A stretch of DNA of 64,000 nucleotides from Macrostomum lignano (taxonomy: Eukaryota): contig NIVC01000976.1 in the NCBI GenBank assembly GCA_002269645.1, positions 332,415 to 396,414 of the forward strand, in the 5' to 3' direction. The stretch's first letter is position 1, and each line of letters starts with the position of its first letter. The position numbers and the translations under genes are program-made. The notes under the pieces are model-generated. The model was given only the letters and a program-made list of their open reading frames with translations, was not told the DNA's origin and did not search any database. Positions 26,347-38,800 of this stretch are shown here, in pieces.

Positions 26347-27882
26347 TCAGTCTTCACTCTCCGTAGGAGAGCCAGTCACAGAAGCTTCAGTGAAGCCACC
26401 GTCCTCAAAGTGCGGATTCCACACTGCGTCTTGCATATCGATTTCGCCATCGCCAGTTCTAGCAGTGCTGTACATGATTGGCTGTTGCGAGTGGCTGCGT
26501 CTCAGCTGACCCCGCCTTGTTACCAGGAAGATTCCCACCGACAAACCGACTAACAGAAGGACGACGAAACCGGCAATGATGAGCCCCACTGCCATTGAAC
26601 TCGGGGCTGAGGGCTTTGCCTGCCTTTCGGAACGCCTACCGGGCTCAGTAAAAGTGGAGGACACTGGCTTCGAAGTCATGGTAGTTGTCAAAGTCGGTTT
26701 CAAAAGTTTCGTAGTCTCTGATGGCCGTTGACGCGTTGTGGCAGAAGTTGTGGTGCTTGAAGCTGGGTGGCTTGACGCTGTCACAGAAATTGTTGTTTTT
26801 TCGCTTGTTTTTGTAGTTGTCATGATCACAATAGCCTTGTTTGTCGTACTCGGTGTCGTACTCGGTGTCGTGCTCGGTGTCGTACTCGGTGTCGTACTCG
26901 GTGTCGTACTCGATGTCGTACTCGGTGTACCTTTTGTACTTCTTGTCATCGCTGAAATCGTTGACGTCCGCAGGACGCCGGCAGTGCCCGTACAGACGGT
27001 GCTCTCTCCCAGAAGACGGTCGCATTTGACAGTCTGAGGTGCCTGTCGGAGCCAGATCAGCCTGAGATTCAGCCGGCGCGAGGCAAAGTGCGAACAGGTG
27101 AGGTTAGCTCCTGCCGCGACCGTTATGTCTCTAAGTCTGCGCAGGCCGCAGAAAGTTTTGTCAGAAATCTTTAGCTGCTCCACCATGATAGTGCGAAGGT
27201 TGATCGTTTCAAGGAGTGGAGAGGCAGAGAACGAGTCGGCATCCAGCTGTACGAACTTGTTGTTAGTCAGTTCCAGAATGCGCAGAGCAGACAGACCGCG
27301 CAGCAGCGATCCGTCCAGGCGGTTTAATTGCAGTCTGGTTATGCTCAATCGCTCAAGGTCACGCAGCTCAGCAAACGTTCCAGGCTCCACCTCCGAAACT
27401 TGGGGTGTTTCCAGCTGTAGGTTTTGCAAACGAGCGAGCCGCGAGCTGAACACTCTGGCGGGAACCCTGCTGCCCGCCAGACGAACCTGCAGAGTCAGGC
27501 GGCGCCGAACGCCAGCCAGCGAGTCCAGACTGCCTGGCTGGAGGCTGCACTCGCCGGAGCCCGGAGTGAGTTCCAGTCGAAGACCCCATGGCAGGAAAAA
27601 GCAGGACATAAGACCGCTTAGACTGGCGATGGAAAAGTCTGCGTCCGAGTTGGCCGCCAGGCTGAGTCGAATGAGAGTCGGATCGACGTCTGGTTGAGGC
27701 TGCACAAAGTAGGCAATATTATCGTCGCTCCCGCCACCTTTCGCACTGCAGTTGATGATTCGGGACACCATCGGGCACAGCAGGCGGTTTTGAGCTTGAT
27801 CGCACAGCGAACCAGCTGCCTTTGATGCCGCGACCACCAGGTAGACAACAAGGCATTTTAGAAAACTGTGACTGATAGCCAT
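26347..27882 (-). CDS. Intronless leucine-rich-repeat single-pass membrane protein with Ser/Thr mucin-like stalk, 511 aa
   Basis: Signal peptide MAISHSFLKCLVVYLVVAASKAAG. LRRs LQNLQLETPQVSEVEPGTFAELRDLERLSITRLQLNRLDGSLLRGLSALRILELTNNKFVQLDADSF. TTPS repeat from a 12-bp tandem repeat (~26850-26930). TM AVGLIIAGFVVLLLVGLSVGIFLV; tail contains NPHF. Confidence 0.88.
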   Translation of the reverse strand: MAISHSFLKCLVVYLVVAASKAAGSLCDQAQNRLLCPMVSRIINCSAKGGGSDDNIAYFVQPQPDVDPTLIRLSLAANSDADFSIASLSGLMSCFFLPWGLRLELTPGSGECSLQPGSLDSLAGVRRRLTLQVRLAGSRVPARVFSSRLARLQNLQLETPQVSEVEPGTFAELRDLERLSITRLQLNRLDGSLLRGLSALRILELTNNKFVQLDADSFSASPLLETINLRTIMVEQLKISDKTFCGLRRLRDITVAAGANLTCSHFASRRLNLRLIWLRQAPQTVKCDRLLGESTVCTGTAGVLRTSTISAMTRSTKGTPSTTSSTTPSTTPSTTPSTTPSTTPSTTNKAIVIMTTTKTSEKTTISVTASSHPASSTTTSATTRQRPSETTKLLKPTLTTTMTSKPVSSTFTEPGRRSERQAKPSAPSSMAVGLIIAGFVVLLLVGLSVGIFLVTRRGQLRRSHSQQPIMYSTARTGDGEIDMQDAVWNPHFEDGGFTEASVTGSPTESED

Positions 27883-28288
27883 GGCTCAGAGAATTCAGCT
27901 TTCTGAGTTTTGCTTGGCTCTACCACAGAAACTCGGTATTTAAAGGACGTTTGCATTGGTTGATACAAATATTTCTGTATGCAAGTTGACAATATTTTAT
28001 CAAGATATCGCCCTGTGATATGACATCCATTCCATACGGTCAGCTATCTCAGTGACGCCAGGCATATCGCAGCAGTTGCCTTATCAGGCTTTGAAAAGTT
28101 TTCGTCAACCATCAGGGCGTTTCCGGTTGTGCAACCAGCTGACCAACCGACGTTTCCGGTGCAGCACTTGGCAATTAATTTTGAGCGTTTTGAATGTGCT
28201 TCAGAGGTCACAGATAGATAGAAGAAAAATTCACAGTTATGCAAATTTTTACCTGAACTGTGAAATACTAAAGATGCCAATACTTAAC

Positions 28289-28750
28289 AGTATTGGTTTC
28301 GTCAGCCTAACTGAGAATAAAGCCATCCAAAGTGAGAATCCTGCCTACGCTGACTGCGAAGGGCCTGGCTGCGTGCAGCCTTAGTCTATGGGCCATAGAC
28401 AATAAAGGACAAGCAAAGTGATAAAAAGCCATCCAATGTGAGAATCCTGCCTACGCTGAATACGAAGGGCTTAGCTGCGTCCAGCCTAGTCTATGAGCCA
28501 TAGACTATAAAGGATAAGCTAGGATTGGCTAGTCATATGGCTCAGAAGCTCAGAAGGTATAAAAATAAAAGAATACGACGCATAGACCAATCGATTCTCA
28601 CATTGGATGGCTTTTTATCACTTTGCTTGTCCTTTATTGTCTATGGCCCATAGACTAAGGCTGCACGCAGCCAGGCCCTTCGCAGTCAGCGTAGGCAGGA
28701 TTCTCATTTTGGATGGCTTTATTCTCAGTTAGGCTGACAAAAGCAATACT
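28289..28750. mobile_element. Foldback structure: 158-bp inverted arms (28289-28446 / 28593-28750) built from ~105-bp units containing the GTCTATGG-N-CCATAGAC palindrome
   Basis: The arms are near-perfect reverse complements; the spacer holds a second diverged tandem unit; an 11-bp direct repeat AATACTAAAGA lies at 28264 and 28745. Confidence 0.85.
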
Positions 28751-29265
28751 AAAGAAGAGGGGTAGTGAATTAGAGACTTGACAGATTAGTGAGTTCAGAC
28801 TTAACATTTAAAACAGTTAGATACATAAATAATATATTTCGACACTCATCTCTTAGATTTTGCATTTGGAATCGAAATGAATGTATTATAATAAAATAAT
28901 CTTGAATATATCAGCAATAGAATGCGTATAACACAGAGCACTCAAAGTTAAAACATGATTGAAATTTCTTTACAGACAGACGTAACAGAAATTACTTTAG
29001 ACATTAATTTCAAACAGAAAAAGAGACAACCGGCAGGTGCAAAAAAGCATTCAAAGTTTGCTTTGCATCCAAAGTTATATCATCTGCGATTCGCAGTAAA
29101 TGAATAAATCAGCAACCTGTTAATCAGTTGTCAAGCGTTGTTGACTGAAGAACGCAACAATACGCGACCCGCATTACGCCAAAGCAAATAGAAAAGCAAA
29201 CTGAATCCTTTTTCGCATTACAGTATGGTGTGTAACTATACGTGCACTTGTGTAGCCAATTAAGG

Positions 29266-29340
29266 TTTTTAAGTGTTTTTTAAGTTTAAGTTTAAGTTTA
29301 AGTTTAAGTTTAAGTTTAAGGTTTTTAAGTCGGTTTTTAA
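29266..29340. repeat. (TTTAAG)n microsatellite
   Basis: Run of AAGTTT units. Confidence 0.85.
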
Positions 29341-29874
29341 ATCTGTGCATTTTAATTGCACAGATATATATGTACGTGTATGACGAGTAAATCATGGGTG
29401 AAGCCATGGACAACAGAAGCAAAAGAGATGCTAAACTCGATTTCTTAGAAATTAGCTAAAGGCCGGTGAGAAACGTGCACTTATTGCACCGCTAGTGCAT
29501 CCAGTATGTTCTAGAGAATGTATAGCTTTGAATGGGTCTTCGCCATAGACAAAATCCACGCTGTAAAATCTTCAATACGAGTATATGAGCTAGATTCTCT
29601 TCGGAATAAACGTTCCTGATCGACCTCCAGGCTCATTTTCAAGAACCCAGCTTAGAATCCTTTCCACATCAGCTGTCCATGAGAGAAGCACGAACAAAGT
29701 TTTTAAACCATTAAAGCGTTGGAGGAATCGGTTCTTAGGAACAGAATGTAGTATACAAACTTGAAAAATAATGATCAATCATCTATACTAGTTGAAGGAT
29801 TAGCTGTTTATTTTATTAAGTCTAGAGAAATCACTACGTGACAGCTACCATCAGCTTGACCTCCTCTAGGAATC

Positions 29875-32800
29875 TCATTTCGCAACTGCAGTAGAGGCAG
29901 TGGCCTGCATGGACTTGTAGTAGGCCCAGTAGACCGTGTTGAACAGCAGGAACGCTGCCGGGAAAATTCTCTTGGACAGAAAGTCGACAAACTCGGCGTC
30001 GCTCTTCACGCACGGCTGCTGCGATGTGTGGCAGAGTTTTCCCAGGCTCAGCCAGTGCGAGATTGAGGCTTTGTGACGAAACAGCCAGCCAAGATCCTCC
30101 GCTGCGGGCCGTTCGTTGCTGGTCTCATTCTCGGCAATAATTCCAGTAGATTCCATGGTGCCCTCGTTGTTGTTGCTTGCGCTGGTGCTGTTGGTTCCAT
30201 TGCTGCTGCTGCTGCTGGCGACTCGAGGTTTCTGTGACTCAGGCTTGCGGCTGTCGGCTTCGTTTGCTTGCAAGGCATCAGCGTCGCTGGGTGCGGCGGC
30301 TTTTCTCGTGGCCAGTTGATTTGCATTCTGAAAAATAGGCCAGTGACAAGAAAAGGAAGCTTGTAGCCCTCACGCGCAAACCGGTTGCATAATCCCCATT
30401 ACGGCCAATAACTAAAATTAAAAAGGAGTAGAAAGGAAATAGCAAAGCCGCGGAAGACAATTGCTTTAACACCGCTGATGGCCTGTTCCCTAGCTATCCA
30501 GTAGAAAGTGTCCTCCGCTATGATCGCCTGAGTTTCAGAGTAAAAACACTCTCTTATTGTCACTTTTGCTAGCTAGAAAAGCGTTCTTGCGTAACGCCAA
30601 ATAACAACGCTGTCTGAGTGCAAAACGAGCATTTCAAGCCGATGGCTGGAGTCGGGCTAAGAAAGCGCATATTTAGCGGCATGCGTGCGTGTGTGCACCT
30701 GCAGAAAAAACTCGCTCAGTTCAGACGAGCAGTTTACAAAAAAAACAAGCAACACAAAAGCAGCGATTAAAGACAGGGAACTGCCTCGATATGGAGTGTG
30801 AACGAAACAGAAGAATCACATAGAACGAGGCCAAAGCGCTACTGGAGCAAAAACCGCAATAATTTGTCTCACCTTGAAGGCGTTGGCCACGCTCAGCAAT
30901 TTCTTAGGCCGCTGCCATCTTTCAGCAGTTCGCAGCATCGCAGACTTCCGCTGAACAACGTTCACCACGGCGTACTCGATCAGCGCCAGGAAGACGAACG
31001 ACAGGCAGCCAGTCAGCCAGACGTCAATGCCTTTGATGTAGGAGACCCGCGGCATGCCGGATCTGTGCATTCGTGAGCGTGAAAGTTTGTTCGTGTATGA
31101 ACTGAATCTCGGAGCTGGTGATTGAGAAGGTGATAACTTCTTCGTATCAGCTGCGTATCCCCTTTATAATTCTCAAGAAGTAGGGATGGTATAGCAAAAT
31201 CCACCACTGCTTTGACTACAGAGTTGCCCAATGTCTTTGAGTAAAAACTATTTCTGGCTGAAACAAAGAAAAACTTTACTTTTGTGGGTGAGAACTTAGC
31301 TGATGTCAAAACACTCTCTACATAATGTTTTGATATTGCGTTCTTGTGACAACTGGGCTGCCTTTGAGGTCCCAGACTCTACATGCCCGTAAGCTAGCGC
31401 AAAAATTCTTAATCGACTTGGAATCGCTTTGAAATCTATTTGCATAAATAAAATTTTTACCTGTATGAATATGGTGTAAAAAACCACTTTTAAGCTTATT
31501 GCCCCTGAGTTATTTTCTGATGCTAGTAAGAATTAATTTGGCCATCAATGAAAACAGACAGTTTAGTATTTAGACAGGAAAAACGCCTTGTGATTGGGTT
31601 GATAGATACACACTAACACACCTAGTCCGCTATAAAGTGCGCGGTGGACGTATCGAACCGCTTGCATCGCTGAATTCCATCCTAATGAAGTCACGTCCTC
31701 CTCTATCGATTTAGCACCCTTATGCCTTAGCTGCAGGGCGGTCCGAAGACGCAGCGGGGAGGCGAGCGTCGCCCATTCCGCTAACCCTTATGCCTACTTG
31801 GGAAGCGACGAACTATAAGCTACTGATTTAACGAGGCTCAGAGGACAAATAACTGCGGTACAAACCGGTCAGAACCTGCCAAAAGGTTTAGGTAGCATTC
31901 AATTTTGAGCACAGTTCCCCTAAATGTCCGTTAATCGTTGAAGTCTGCTAGAGTCCGCTAACTTTTTTTCGTTAGCGTTAGATTTTTTCCTTGGCTGATT
32001 AGTGATTTCCCCTAATTTTATCAGTTTCGCTGATATCAAGTCCGCTAATCTTGACTCCCATATCTATAATGCGTCCTTGGTCTCATTACTGGTCTTGCAG
32101 TAAGCGCCGGGCATGATATTGCACCTTGGAATTTGTAACTGCACTTGCTTTGTATAATCATATTCTGATATTTTCATTTGACAGGACTGTTGAATGTCGA
32201 CCGACCACTGTGTAGCTCAATAGCAATAAAAATGAGTTTAAAGCCTATGATACAGTGTACATAGTGGTCCAGAGAGGTCTTCTGGATAAGAAACAGGGTT
32301 TTCTCTGCATTGGGTTGATGGATTGAGCTGAAACTTGACCTGTTTAAACCTTGTTTTTATGATTTTATGATTTTTTTACTTAAAATCTTGGTACTTGCTT
32401 TAAAAATCATGAAGTTGACGCGAATGCCAGTCCCCGACCGACTGGGATGCCGTGTCTGCTCGTCAAAGACTTTGTCGACGACCTGTCGGGCCAAGCAGAC
32501 GAGCTGCTCACCCGGGGCAGCTCAGGCGGACTGGTGCTCAAGAAGTCGACAACTAAATTAGACGGCATGACAGTCGGTCAGTGGCTATCAGGCAGCATGA
32601 GGATCCTGCTGCAGATGCTCGACGAAACGTCGCCTCAGGTAACTAACAAGGGCCAGCCGTACACCCCGGTGGAACAAGCCAAGGACTACGCCCAGTACAA
32701 CATCCAAGTGGCTGAGCTTTTCGACCGATTCCCAGTGCACCGGGTGGTCCGATTCGACCACGACTACCGCCAGCACCGCGCCGCCAACAGTCTCCGCTGG

Positions 32801-35800
32801 GGCAAAGACTGCTCCCAGATGTCTATCAGGCACCTGCTCAGCACCAAGAGTGACCAGCAGAACCAGACAGCCAGGCGTCCCCAGCCTAACAAGAACCGCA
32901 TCGTTGGGCCGCGAACATCCTCAGGCCGTGAGCTCTGTCTGTCTTTCAACAGCACCAACGGATGCTCAAGAACGAACTGCCGCTTTCTGCATGCCTGTCG
33001 AGTCTGCGAGGGCAACCACTCCGAGCAGAATCACGCAAAAGACTGAGAAAGTGCGCTAATTGCGCGCGCACAGCCGATTTTACGCGTTCTGATTTTAACA
33101 ACCCGACGCAGCCTGCCCCAGCGGCAGGCCTCCTCAGGCCGCCTACTCAAATCTCTGATCTGACGCGGCCGTCTGGTGATCTCCGAATCGACGCCTGGCG
33201 CCTGGAATTCGCCGGTGACCACGACGCTGATTTTATTCTTGACGGCATCAAGCATGGCTTCCCTATTGCTGATGACCTTGATTTTACGCCCTGTTTTCTA
33301 AGCAACTACCAATCCGCCTACCAAAAGCGCGACCAAGTCCAAGCAGCCCTAGAAGAAGAAATCCGTCTGGGCAGATGCATCATGGTGGCGGACAAGCCCA
33401 CGATGGTCTGCCCGCTCGGCGTGATTCCTAAGGACAGCGCCAGCATCCGGCTGATCCATGACTGCTCCGTTCCTCACGGCCAAAGCCTGAACGACCACTA
33501 CGCACAGCAGCGCAAGCTCCGCTTCAATTCTGTCGATGAGGCCGTCAGGTTAATGCAGCCGGGCTGGTTCATGGCGAAGGTTGAAATCGCATCCGCCTAC
33601 CGTGCTGTGCCCATTTCTCCGCAGTGCTACCAAGCCACCGGGATCCACTGGGACTTCGGTGACGGGCGCTCGGCTTACATAGTGGACACGCGGCTACCAT
33701 TCGGCAGTCGTGCCTCTGTCAGCATCTTCCATCGTCTCACTCAAGCGGTTCGGCGTATGATGTGCCGCAAAGGCTTCCTAGCCACCATCGTCTTCATCGA
33801 TGATTTTCTTGTCATGGCGAGGACAGAAGCTGAGTGCAACCGAGCCTACTGCGAGCTGCGTAACCTACTCACCGAGCTTGGATTCGTCATCAACGAGAAA
33901 AAAGCCGTGCCACCAACAACCAAGCTGTGGTTCCTGGGGATAGACATCGATACCGTGCAAGCGAGCCTCTCTTTCCCAGCTGACAAAGCCAAGAAGCTTC
34001 AGTCCCTGCTTCACACCTGCCTGTCGCAGCAAGACGTATCGAAGTCTGAGTTGCAGAAGCTGCTAGGGCATCTCAGCCATATGCACTACTGTTCAGCACG
34101 GTCGAACCTTCCTGCGCCCGCTCATCGATCTCACCAATAGCCTGACGCGTCCGTCCGACCGTGTTCAAGTTACGGTGGAGCTCAGATCTCAGCTGGAGTG
34201 GTGGACGATCGCGTTGAGCATTCTGCCGCCAAAGTCCGCTTGGCCATCGCGTCGGCCGGCCGCCGCTATCGAGTCTGACGCCTGCGACGCAGGCGGCGGT
34301 GCGGTGCTGTACTTCGACGACAGTGACTCGACCTGGCTTTTATTAGCTGGCAACTCGACTGCGGTAGCGAGTTCGAAGGGCTCCACATCAACCTCAAGGA
34401 GTGCGCCGCCCCTCTGGTCGCTATCCTGAAGCATCAAGAGGCCCTCAGCGGCTGCTCCGTTGCGGTGTACACGGACAGCACCGCTGCCTGCGGCATCATC
34501 AACTCTAGCTCGGCCAAGCATCGCAGCATCGCCGACCTGCAGAGGCTCGTCACTCTGACCTGCATCCAGCGTGACATTATCGTGCGTGCGTACCACGTGC
34601 CTGGCCGCTTTCAGCTTCTCGCGGACCCGCTATCCAGAGCTAACGACCCTAGCCAGCTTGCTAACTTTCTTTTTCGTTTCTACGGCACCTGCTACGTGCC
34701 TACCCGCTTGCTTGCATCTGCTTGCTTGAGTCCTGCCGCTGCTTCTCACCTTCTTTTTCAGGTCCGCCTCCTGTGTTCTCAGTGCCTAGCCTCAGCTCGT
34801 CCGCCCGCCAACTGCTCGGCCGTGGCTTCGCAAGCTCAACCAGCGCCTCCTACGCCACCCAGTGCGCATCCTGGTTGCGGTTCTGCGAGGCCCATGGAGT
34901 TCAGCCACTGTCAGCGCAGCCTGCCGACGTGTGCAACTACCTGGCGGAGCTGGCCGGAAACCGACTGTTCTCCGTCAGCAGCCTGTCCTGTCACCTCGCA
35001 GCCGCACCACTCAGATCAACCAGTGGGTGGCTTCTAAGCACAGGGAGAGGTGGGCTAACGCCCCCGACTGCTGGCAATCCCGCGCGGCTGTCCCCTGTCC
35101 CTCCTCCGCCCTACGCAGGGCCCTACTTGGACTCAACCGCAGGGACATCAGGGCGGTGACCATGGCCCTCTCGGGTCATGGCTGCTTTGCCAGGCATCGT
35201 TACCTCCTGGAGAAAATCCGCAGTGAGGAATGCCCTTTCTGCCTCTCCGGTGTCGAGAATGCGGAGCACTTCATCTGTGAATGCCCCACCTTTACTCAGG
35301 ACAGGCTCACCTACCTCGGCCCAAACCCGGACCTCTCCGACGTTTTCAGGCCCGAAAATCTCTGCCAGCTCGTCCGCTACCTAAGGGCTACCGGGCGAGC
35401 GACAATCCACCTCCTGGACTCTCCGGAGGGGGACCGCGCTGCGGACGCCGGCACCACCGGAACTCCCTGCGCGACACCACAGCACTAGCTGCCCGTGGTC
35501 GCCAGGGGTTAGCGAAATGGGCGGCAATGCCTCCTCGCTGTTTCCGGACGCGCGGAGCCCCCTGCAGCTAAGTTAAGTAAGTAAGTCACCTCGCAGCCGT
35601 GTCCTGGTTCTACAAGGCGAACGGTGTGGTCCACCCTACCAAGCAGTCACTGGTACAGCTCGCGCTGCGCGAGCCCGACGGCTCCTTGGTGCTGCCCCAA
35701 AGAGCAAGAAAGCGTTGCTGCCAGCCGACCTCCAGCGACTGCGCCGAGCACTGCGGCCAGAGGAACCCGGTGACTGCGCGTTCTGGTGCGCCTGCATTGT

Positions 35801-38800
35801 TGGATGGTGGGCCATGCTGCGACGGGCCAATTTGTGTGTCGCCAGTCGGTTCGACCCCCTTCAAGACCTCAGCGCGAGTTGCATCAGGCCGGCTAGTGCC
35901 GGCGTTATTCTCGTCATTCCGAGGTCGAAGACCAACCAGTTTGGTGCACGCCAGCACCGAGTCTTTTTGCCCCGGCTCCCAGCCGGCAATCGACTTTGCC
36001 CAGTTGCAGCACTCGAGAAGCAGCTGCTTATCAACCATCCACAAGGTGCTCAGCATCATCTTTTCGGGGCCCGCAGACGTGGAGCCCTCGCGCCGCTCAC
36101 CGCGCGCACCTTTGCCAGGCGGCTGGAGGCGGCCCTGCGGGCGGCTGGGTTTTCAGAGCCGGCCCGCTTTTCCGGACACTCGTTGCGGCGGGGGGGGCGC
36201 CACGTCCGCCGCGAATGCCGGCATCCCCGTCGACGCTATCATGCGGGTCGGCGACTGGGCAAGCAGCGCGGTAGAGCGGTACCTTCCGCCATCGGTGGAG
36301 CGCAGCGGCCCGCTTCGGCTGGCGTCCCACCTTCCGTCTGAGTGACCTTCACCTCTCGTTTTCTTGGGAGTTTTGGGCTCGTTTCGCCCGCCTTTTCGTC
36401 GCCACCCCCTGCGTTTTCTCCTCGTTCCTTTCGGTTTGGTTGGCTAATGAATCATTTGGGCTTTATAAGACGGAATGCTGAAGACCAGCCTAACGCTGCT
36501 TTGAGCACTTTGAGCACTAGCCGGCAGCTAGAAGTAAATGTAAATGAGATGAGTATTTATCTCATGAAACATAATTAGCGGTACTTCTAAAAATATTAAC
36601 GATGTCCAACTTTAGTAGCATTCAAGAATATCCCCTACGCTACTGGAACAATACAATAGAATTTTTATTTAGTCGATTGCGCGCTGTAAAAGTGCAAACA
36701 GCGGGGTCTAATTAAAACCTGTTTTTCAGTGATAATGCCACTGAAAATGGGACGTGCCGGGTTGAGGCTCTGGAGCTCAATAATTAGTCAGTAGTTCACT
36801 GCACCTTGGGGGCGGAAATTACCTTTTTCGTCGCCAGGATCAATACAGATAGCAAATGCCAACAAAACGGCAAGACAGAGTGAAGGATGTGAATGCAATA
36901 GGAGCAAAGACGATGGGAACAAATCTCTTTGTCAAAGTCAACTGCGCTTGTATCAGGACAGAAAGCAATGGAAATCCGGCCTTCATGCTTTTATCCCAAT
37001 ATAGTATCAGCTCAGCAGTAAAAGACGCAATTCATCCTCGTGAGAAAGAAGAAGCTGACACAGAAAATTCGGAACACAGAAAGCAAATCAGTGCAAAAAG
37101 TCAATTGTCAGAGAAGCAATTGGCAAAGCGCTATTAATGGCTTCTTTACTTCGCGTCTCCCGAATTCAAATAAACTCGTATATTGGTCCAAAATAGCAAA
37201 GAGCACACATTTTTGTTCTTGAAAAGCTAAAGTTAGCCAGACATTTAGCGAATCTATAATGCTACAATTAACAGTTGAACTCACGTGACACTTGAGCTCT
37301 GCGTAGTGACGGTAAGAACGGTGAGCAGGCTGAGTGTTATCCTCGCCGGGGTAGCGTGGTGGTCAATCCAGAAGGACACCCAAGACAGTACAACTACCAG
37401 GATGCTGGGGATGTACACCTGGATGAGGTAATAGTTGAACTTGCGCCTCATGTGTAGATTCACACTGAGGCAGGTGAACCAGCCTGGTCAGAGAGGTTTA
37501 GAATTATTTCGGTATATAAAATTTAATTTACCAAATTCGATTTTTTTAATAAATTAATTGCAAATACAACAAATTTCACTGTTTCGGTTCTTGAGCTGCT
37601 ACAGATTCATGGGTCAACTTAGGAAACGACAAATCACTAACAAGGAGTCACTAAACTGCACATCAGCTCCAATACGGTAGAACATCACCTGCGCTTTCAT
37701 CACCCAAAGCATGAATTTTAGTTAGTTGCAGAGGCATTTCCGCCGGTTTTAAACTCACCTGTCACCTCATATCCGGACGTGCAGTTATGCAACGTGAACT
37801 TTACCACATCGTACTCAGGCAGTGATTTGGCCACTTCGCTGAGCACTACCGCGGCCTCAGCGTCCCAGCGCAGTATGATGTCCGAGGTGGTGTATCCGAC
37901 TGCAGATAATTGTGCAACAAGTCGCGATAGAGCCGTCGTAAATCAATAAACTAAATAGAATTATAACTTGCTTGATTACTCACAGCTGCCAAAAACAATG
38001 CTGCAGATTTGGCTGTCCATGGGATAAAGCTCCAACTCGAACTCACAGGACAGTGTCAGAGTGTATCTGTTGTTGGAAAAGAGTAGAAACGTTAATTCTT
38101 ACACGACTCTACCTTGCTACAACATTCTCACTGGCGCTGTGTTAACGGCTGCAAACAGAAAATAACAATAACCTGCGGATTTCTCACTTGGTACTAAGGA
38201 TGACGCGTCCCTCAGGCGAGACCTGCAGCAGGATGTTGGGCACCGTGATTTTGTGAGAGAGGCCGGCCTTCTCGTTCAGAAAGTAGATGTCGGGCTGCCA
38301 CACCTTATCCACCATGAAGCCGATGCTGAGCATATTTGTTATTGAGCTGTTATAGGTAAGCCGGTCGTCGTACCAGATTCTCCGAAAGTACATCGACGTG
38401 GAAAAGTCCTGCGTTTTTCGCGGGAATACCTCAGAGTCAGAATTATATTTGTCACGTGTGTTTAAGTCTTAAGTAAATTGAACTTTATATATCAAAGTCT
38501 CCGAGGGTACGATCATTTTGAAATAATTTTAATTGCGTCATCATACCAGGTATATTATTTTGCGAGCAAACAGTTGTGAAAATCATCGTAGCTTTAAATA
38601 GAATCCGATTCTCTCGATTCTCTTATAGAATCTACTCACAGGTGTCACATCTATCTAATTGCCTATAAGAATTTCTCTTATGAAGTCGATGCAAATTTTT
38701 AAGCAATAAATCTTGTCTCATTTATAAATTAATAAATCATTAATAAATCATTGATGCTTTGCTCCACCGATTTTTATAAAATTTTGCTATTGCTAGTGCA

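Larger units (their letters stand above)
32420..36540 (+). mobile_element. Ngaro-type (DIRS order) tyrosine-recombinase retrotransposon, 5'-truncated and frameshifted, antisense within intron 5 of channel gene A
   Basis: Order is gag (C-terminal Cys/His finger) - RT - RNase H - overlapping tyrosine recombinase. No methyltransferase domain seen, which fits Ngaro rather than DIRS1. Terminal repeats not recognisable, so boundaries are approximate. Confidence 0.88.

Noticed and set aside
26645-27851. Antisense and alternative-frame ORFs over the LRR gene (likewise 42719-43267, 12609-13164, 16946-17315, 33031-36330)
   Set aside because: Shadows of GC-rich real coding sequence on the other strand or frame.
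31600-32420. Left split-direct or inverted terminal repeat of the Ngaro element
   Set aside because: No match found by eye between 31600-32420 and 36350-36600, so termini are not claimed.
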